Source: Chlorokybus atmophyticus
Lineage: Eukaryota; Plantae; Mesostigma and Chlorokybus algae
DNA length: 37,976 bases
Reading direction: 5' to 3'
NCBI GenBank assembly: GCA_009103225.1
Contig: RHPI01003011.1
Coordinates: 1 to 37,976 of the forward strand
Shown piece by piece: positions 33,742 to 37,976 of this stretch. The notes beneath the pieces were generated by a model. That model made no database searches, was not told the origin of the DNA, and saw only the letters and a program-made list of their open reading frames with translations. Position 1 is the first letter of the stretch, and each line of letters starts with the position of its first letter. A program made the translations under genes and the position numbers.

Positions 33742-33854
33742 TGTTCGTGACTGTTGATTAGCATGTACTAGCCCTTTTGTCGCCTCCAACTCTTGCATGT
33801 TTCTTTTTGATACATTTCTCTTGTTTGGGGAAAAATAAAAAAAAAAACAAAAAA

Positions 33855-34985
33855 TGCATCCTTACCCGACTCATGCACACCAATAGTTGCATACATGCAC
33901 GTGTGCAGACTGCGCAAACTGGCCATGGTGTGGCATTGACAAGGGGGTGGAAGAGCTGGCATGAAATATGGGCAACATGTATCAAGTTGTAATCTTGTGT
34001 TGTGGTATGATGGGTGTACATAACTATTTAACCGATGCTTGCGCACGCATGCGACAATTGTTGGTTGTGTATGGGTAGGTAGGTGACAATGCTTTTAAAC
34101 TTGCAGCTGGCTCGCAGTGTTGTGATGTACTAGTTGTATGCTAAATCTGATGTAATGAAGCTTGGTTCCGCTCATGGGGTTGTGACATGACAAGCATTGC
34201 TGCTGCGTGCATATATGCCGTTGCATGTAGCCCTGTACTTTATTTGCACAAGTGCATGTAGGGGGGAGGNGGGGAGAGGCTACTGAAAGTCACTAAGTTA
34301 TAATAAGGAGATGACCTCATGGCCATTTGCTTGCCATATGGCCTGGCTGGTAGCAGGGCAGAGGCGGCAGCGCCAGAAGCCATGGCCTGGTGTCAGCTAA
34401 GCCCTTGGCCTGGCCATGCTAGCTTGGTCGCCACCAGGCCAGCGTGATCCGGTCAGCGGCGTGGCCTACCGCTCTTGATATGAAGCACCAAGCCGCTTGC
34501 CAAGCCACCAACAGCGGCGGCCGAATGGCGGTCAGCTGCGGCTTAATCGCAGCTGCGGTTGACCGCAATCAGCCGCCAGTGCACAGTTAACTGATAGCAA
34601 TCTCAGCCGCTGCCGGTCAGTCTATAAAGCTGGTTTGGTTGCAACCGACCATGTTATGTGCATACGCACAACAAAATTTGTTAACCGGACCACACCTGGT
34701 TCAATGATTGATATCCAAAGATGCGCACCAGCCATAGCTGCTGCTACTTTGCATCAAGACTTGGATCAATAATGGTCTTTACAGCGAACCATACTCGGTC
34801 CGATTTAAACTGGTTTACAACCGGGACCAGGGCTGGCCCGGTTTTTGGGGGACCACATGACAATCACGTAATGTTTGGACCAACCTTGGTCCTCCACGTT
34901 CGACCAAAAAGGGCGACCCTGGTCCGGACTCCAAGCCGCCCGGGCAATTTGGTCTTGGTCCGTGCTCATGATCAGGGCTGGTCCA
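33855..34985 (-). repeat. Right (inverted) copy of the ~2.1-kb non-coding element, part 2
   Basis: Reverse complements: 34819..34985 aligns with 9958..10127, 34330..34580 with 10310..10500, and 33897..33935 with 10880..10925. Confidence 0.75.
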
Positions 34986-35531
34986 TGTGCTTGGAGTGGA
35001 AGTTGATGATGTACGCATCAGGTGGTGTCAGCACGTCTGGCGAAGCGCAGGGAGTTGGTTGAGCTGGAAGGCTCCATCTTGTCGTTGTCAATGTACAAAG
35101 GAGGTGAAGCTCGTCAACAAAGAGTGAAGTGGAAAGAGGTGCGACTGGAGATGGGGCATGAGCCTCTGCTGCTATGGTAATTGCTCCCTTCCCTTGATTG
35201 CTCGTAGGTAAGGTTGGAGGTTGAGCTCTAGCTGTTGAAGTCCCCCTCATTTACTGGCGAGAACGGGGTGGGCCTGCTCATTCAGCTGATGCGATAGTGA
35301 AAGTGTATGGAGGGTAGAGTGTTCTTGCTTTACGAAGCTATCTCATTGCTGCTACCACTCAACGCACTAGTGCTTGTGCACACTATGTGATGATAGTGAT
35401 AACAATGCACAAAGATGTATCAAATTGCAAGCTGCACTTCTGATATGCAAAATGCCACCACTCGTTTAAGCAAAGAGGGTGACACTACAAGTCAACAAGT
35501 CAGTACTATGAGTGGCGCTGTTATACGGTAT

Positions 35532-35680
35532 TTTGCATGAGTGGAAAATGTACTATGTTGGCAAATGAGGTGATTGAGCAAGCAACACGTCGATGCTATG
35601 CCCTGACTGATGACAACAAAGCACACCGTAACCAAGCACACAAAGCTCACAGCAATGACAAGCACGGTGCACAAGAGCAT
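35532..35680 (-). repeat. Dispersed repeat of about 150 bp, inverted copy of 22512..22651
   Basis: Shared GTGCTTGTCATTGCTGTGAGCTT, CATCAGTCA, CATAGCATC, TCACCTCA and CCACTCATGCAAA. Confidence 0.8.
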
Positions 35681-36315
35681 GCAGAGGCTCTCACACGGTG
35701 AGAGGATTTTTGTCAACTGGGGTGGCGTGCTCGTAGTTGCTTAACAAGCTCTTAGCTTTCTCACAGTTTCACCAGTTGATCCGATGAACACTGTGACAAC
35801 TACTACTTATACAAGTAACAGCATGATTGTTTGGAACATAAGCTAACAGTCATGTTGAAGCTATTTTTGAAGAAACCCCCACTCGATATAAAACACAACT
35901 TATAACCGAACTCACAGCTGAACACCTACGCGCGGTGCCTATGTAGGCTACGGTCGTGAGCTAGTTTAGAGTCATGACCTAGCTACTAGTCAGTGGCGCG
36001 CGTGAGTTCTCTTGCTGATAGGCCGGGCGAGGGTCTGGATGTAAGCGTGCTTGATGAAAGGCTGACACCCGAGGACAATGGGAATGACAGCATACACACG
36101 CAAGCACCACACTTCAGTCAACACATGCACAATCACAATCACAACCACAAGCACAGACGGACAGACAAGCACAGGGCTTTTTACGCGCGGACCAGTCGTA
36201 CGCGGCCCGTAGACCACGTCTGGTACGCTGTGGCGTACCAGTGCCGCGACTGGTCCGGCATGATCGGACCACTGGTGGTCCGGCCCCGAAGCCGGACGAC
36301 CTGGTCCGAATGACC

Positions 36316-36603
36316 GGACCAGGACTGGTCGCATGCTCCGCGGTCTATGCACCAGTGCAGCATTGGTACCGTACGCGTGCAACCGGAAGGACCAGGGCTG
36401 GTCGCTTACCACGCGGCCTGCGTACCAGTGAAGCACTGGTGCAGCACGCGGTTCAAATGATGGAACCAGGGCTGGTCGCATGCCCCGCGGCCTATGAGCC
36501 AGCGCAGCACTGGTCCGGTACCAAGGCGGTCAGTAGCGCACCAGTCATGGTCCTGTGCCAGCAACAGGACCAGTGCTGGTCGCGTGCTCCGCGCCTGTAA
36601 GCC
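36316..36603 (+). repeat. Tandem array of 73-74-bp units (about 52 bp conserved plus about 21 bp variable) built on GGACCAG-NN-CTGGTC
   Basis: Units start at 36316, 36389, 36463 and 36567 (the last partial, after a longer spacer). Related motifs extend back to about 36185. Confidence 0.75.
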
Positions 36604-36832
36604 AGAGGAGTTTGTTAGTACACATGCACAGTACGCATGCATAGGGTGCATTGCTTACGAACCATGCATGGTACGGCGACCGGCTGCTTACTACAATACC
36701 GCTGACTCCACGGATGGGATCGAGCGTACGTCAGCAGAACGCGCAGGCAGCCTGCAGCTTGTAGTCATCCGCGCAGGCTGGTCAATGCATGCAATCTGCT
36801 GAGCTGTCGTTGCTGGTGCTGCGGTCCAAGCT

Positions 36833-36859
<27 letters not shown>
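36833..36859 (+). repeat. (GGC)9 microsatellite
   Basis: Read directly from the sequence. Confidence 0.95.
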
Positions 36860-36863
<4 letters not shown>

Positions 36864-37976
36864 GGGTGGTGCGGGCCGTGGTAGTAAGCGGCGGGTTGCT
36901 TGTCGAATGTTGCTTCGCTGCTGCTGGAAGCCAAAGCACTCATGTACCGTAGCATTGTTACTGTAGTCTTAGTGCAAGCATGCGCAGTGTGACAGCGGCC
37001 GCTGCTGCTGTTGTTACTGTTGCGGTTGAGGTTGTGGTTGGCTTACTACTGGTAGTTTGTGAGATGGGCGCCTCTTGCTTGACCTGCCGGCAGCAATTGC
37101 TGTTGAAATGCTGCTGGTGCTTATACATGCATAAGACGAGAGCAAGTTGCGAATGCATGTGTTTGCTTTGCAGTGTGAACAGCTGCTGGCAGCTGACATA
37201 ATTGTTGCTGCACAACTATGCTTGCGATTGATAAGCATGCAGACCTTCTGTCTTGTGCAGGCATACCGAGTCGGCAGCTGAAGGCTGCTAGCTTGGTCAC
37301 AATTGTAGTTGATCTATGCAACTGAGCAAGGTTAAATTTGTGCAGAAGCTACGTGCCTTGTGTCCGCAGCTGTGACTTGGCTAGCTATCAAAGTAGTCAC
37401 TCACATGAAGTACTTTGCATAGTTGCTGGTGCAAGCTGACTTGGAAGAAGTCGTGCAGGCGGATCATCCGCCTGCACGACTGAGCATGATGCTCAAGTGA
37501 AGTGCTGCCAACCAGAAGTTGCTTCAAGCAACTCCAGTGAGCCAGTGGCAGAGGAGGCATGGATGGTGCCATTCATCGAGCAGTTGGCATCTATACAACG
37601 CCTGCTTGCAGGTGCCAGGAGAGTAAGAACTTGTATGTATGTGCTGAAAGTACACCCACACAATGCTTGTAGGCGCGCGAGTGCATGTGCATAGTCATGC
37701 GTGTATGCATGTGTGCATACACGCAGTGTATGTTTACGTGTGTGTGCGTGCATGTGCTTACGCGCGTGTATGCATGACTGTTTGTGCACGTACACACATA
37801 TAATACTTGACACATGTGTCAACAGTCACTGCACAGGCACAGGTGACCCGGGGTGTACTGTCGGTGGGGGAAGCTCGTTGCTGCTGCTATGCTCAGGGCG
37901 CGGGACCAGGGGGTGCTGCAAGTAGATGCACCTGCTGGACCTCAAGGTGAGCGGACGGGGGGGGGGGGGGGGGGGG

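Larger units (their letters stand above)
25784..33854 (+). mobile_element. Full-length (about 8.1 kb) L1/Tx1-type LINE, degenerate
   Basis: G-rich 5' end; ORF1 with CCHC knuckle CFRCKQVGHLRSHC (27148-27189); APE (WNVRG, LQETK, GGDWN, DHKPV); RT (KAPGKDG, WRPITLL, DFEKAFD, YADD at 31289-31300); C-terminal CMSC...ETPEHLFLRC; A-rich tail at 33831-33854; TGCATCCT at 25776-25783 and 33855-33862 as an 8-bp TSD. Confidence 0.9.

Noticed and set aside
35993-36313. 106-aa ORF with an HN repeat as a real gene
   Set aside because: Non-ATG start, it overlaps a CACAAT microsatellite and the palindromic array, and no family is recognisable.
36316-36603. CRISPR array
   Set aside because: The repeats are degenerate and longer than the spacers, there are only 3-4 units, no cas genes are present, and the context is eukaryotic.

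Overview
Eukaryotic, repeat-dense window; the retroelement types and TGCA/CA-rich tracts suggest a green alga or similar, which is inference only. It holds one apparent host gene, a 5'-truncated, intron-free ORF of at least 1050 aa (2..3169) encoding a Gly/Ser/Thr-rich repeat protein with duplicated 7-Cys modules and 24-aa repeats. The rest is nested, decayed retroelements: (A) a Ty3/gypsy element, 4298..9252, with 670-bp LTRs, a tRNA-iMet-type PBS, a solo LTR inside gag and RNaseH/integrase deleted; (A2) a chromovirus 3' end, about 13585..14696; (B, B') PHD-finger-bearing Ty3/gypsy copies in opposite orientations plus a third PHD fragment; and two related L1/Tx1-type LINEs, one full length (25784..33854, 8-bp TSD). 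The best leads are: Nudix-fold-like domains lacking the catalytic glutamates in the ORF1 region of both LINEs; an in-frame LINE-RT/gypsy-RT chimera at about 17820; a 38-bp hairpin repeat family showing a few paired arm changes, inside a non-coding element of about 2.1 kb present as two inverted copies; and the repeat protein itself. All alignments were made by eye. Several single-N joins look like assembly artefacts.
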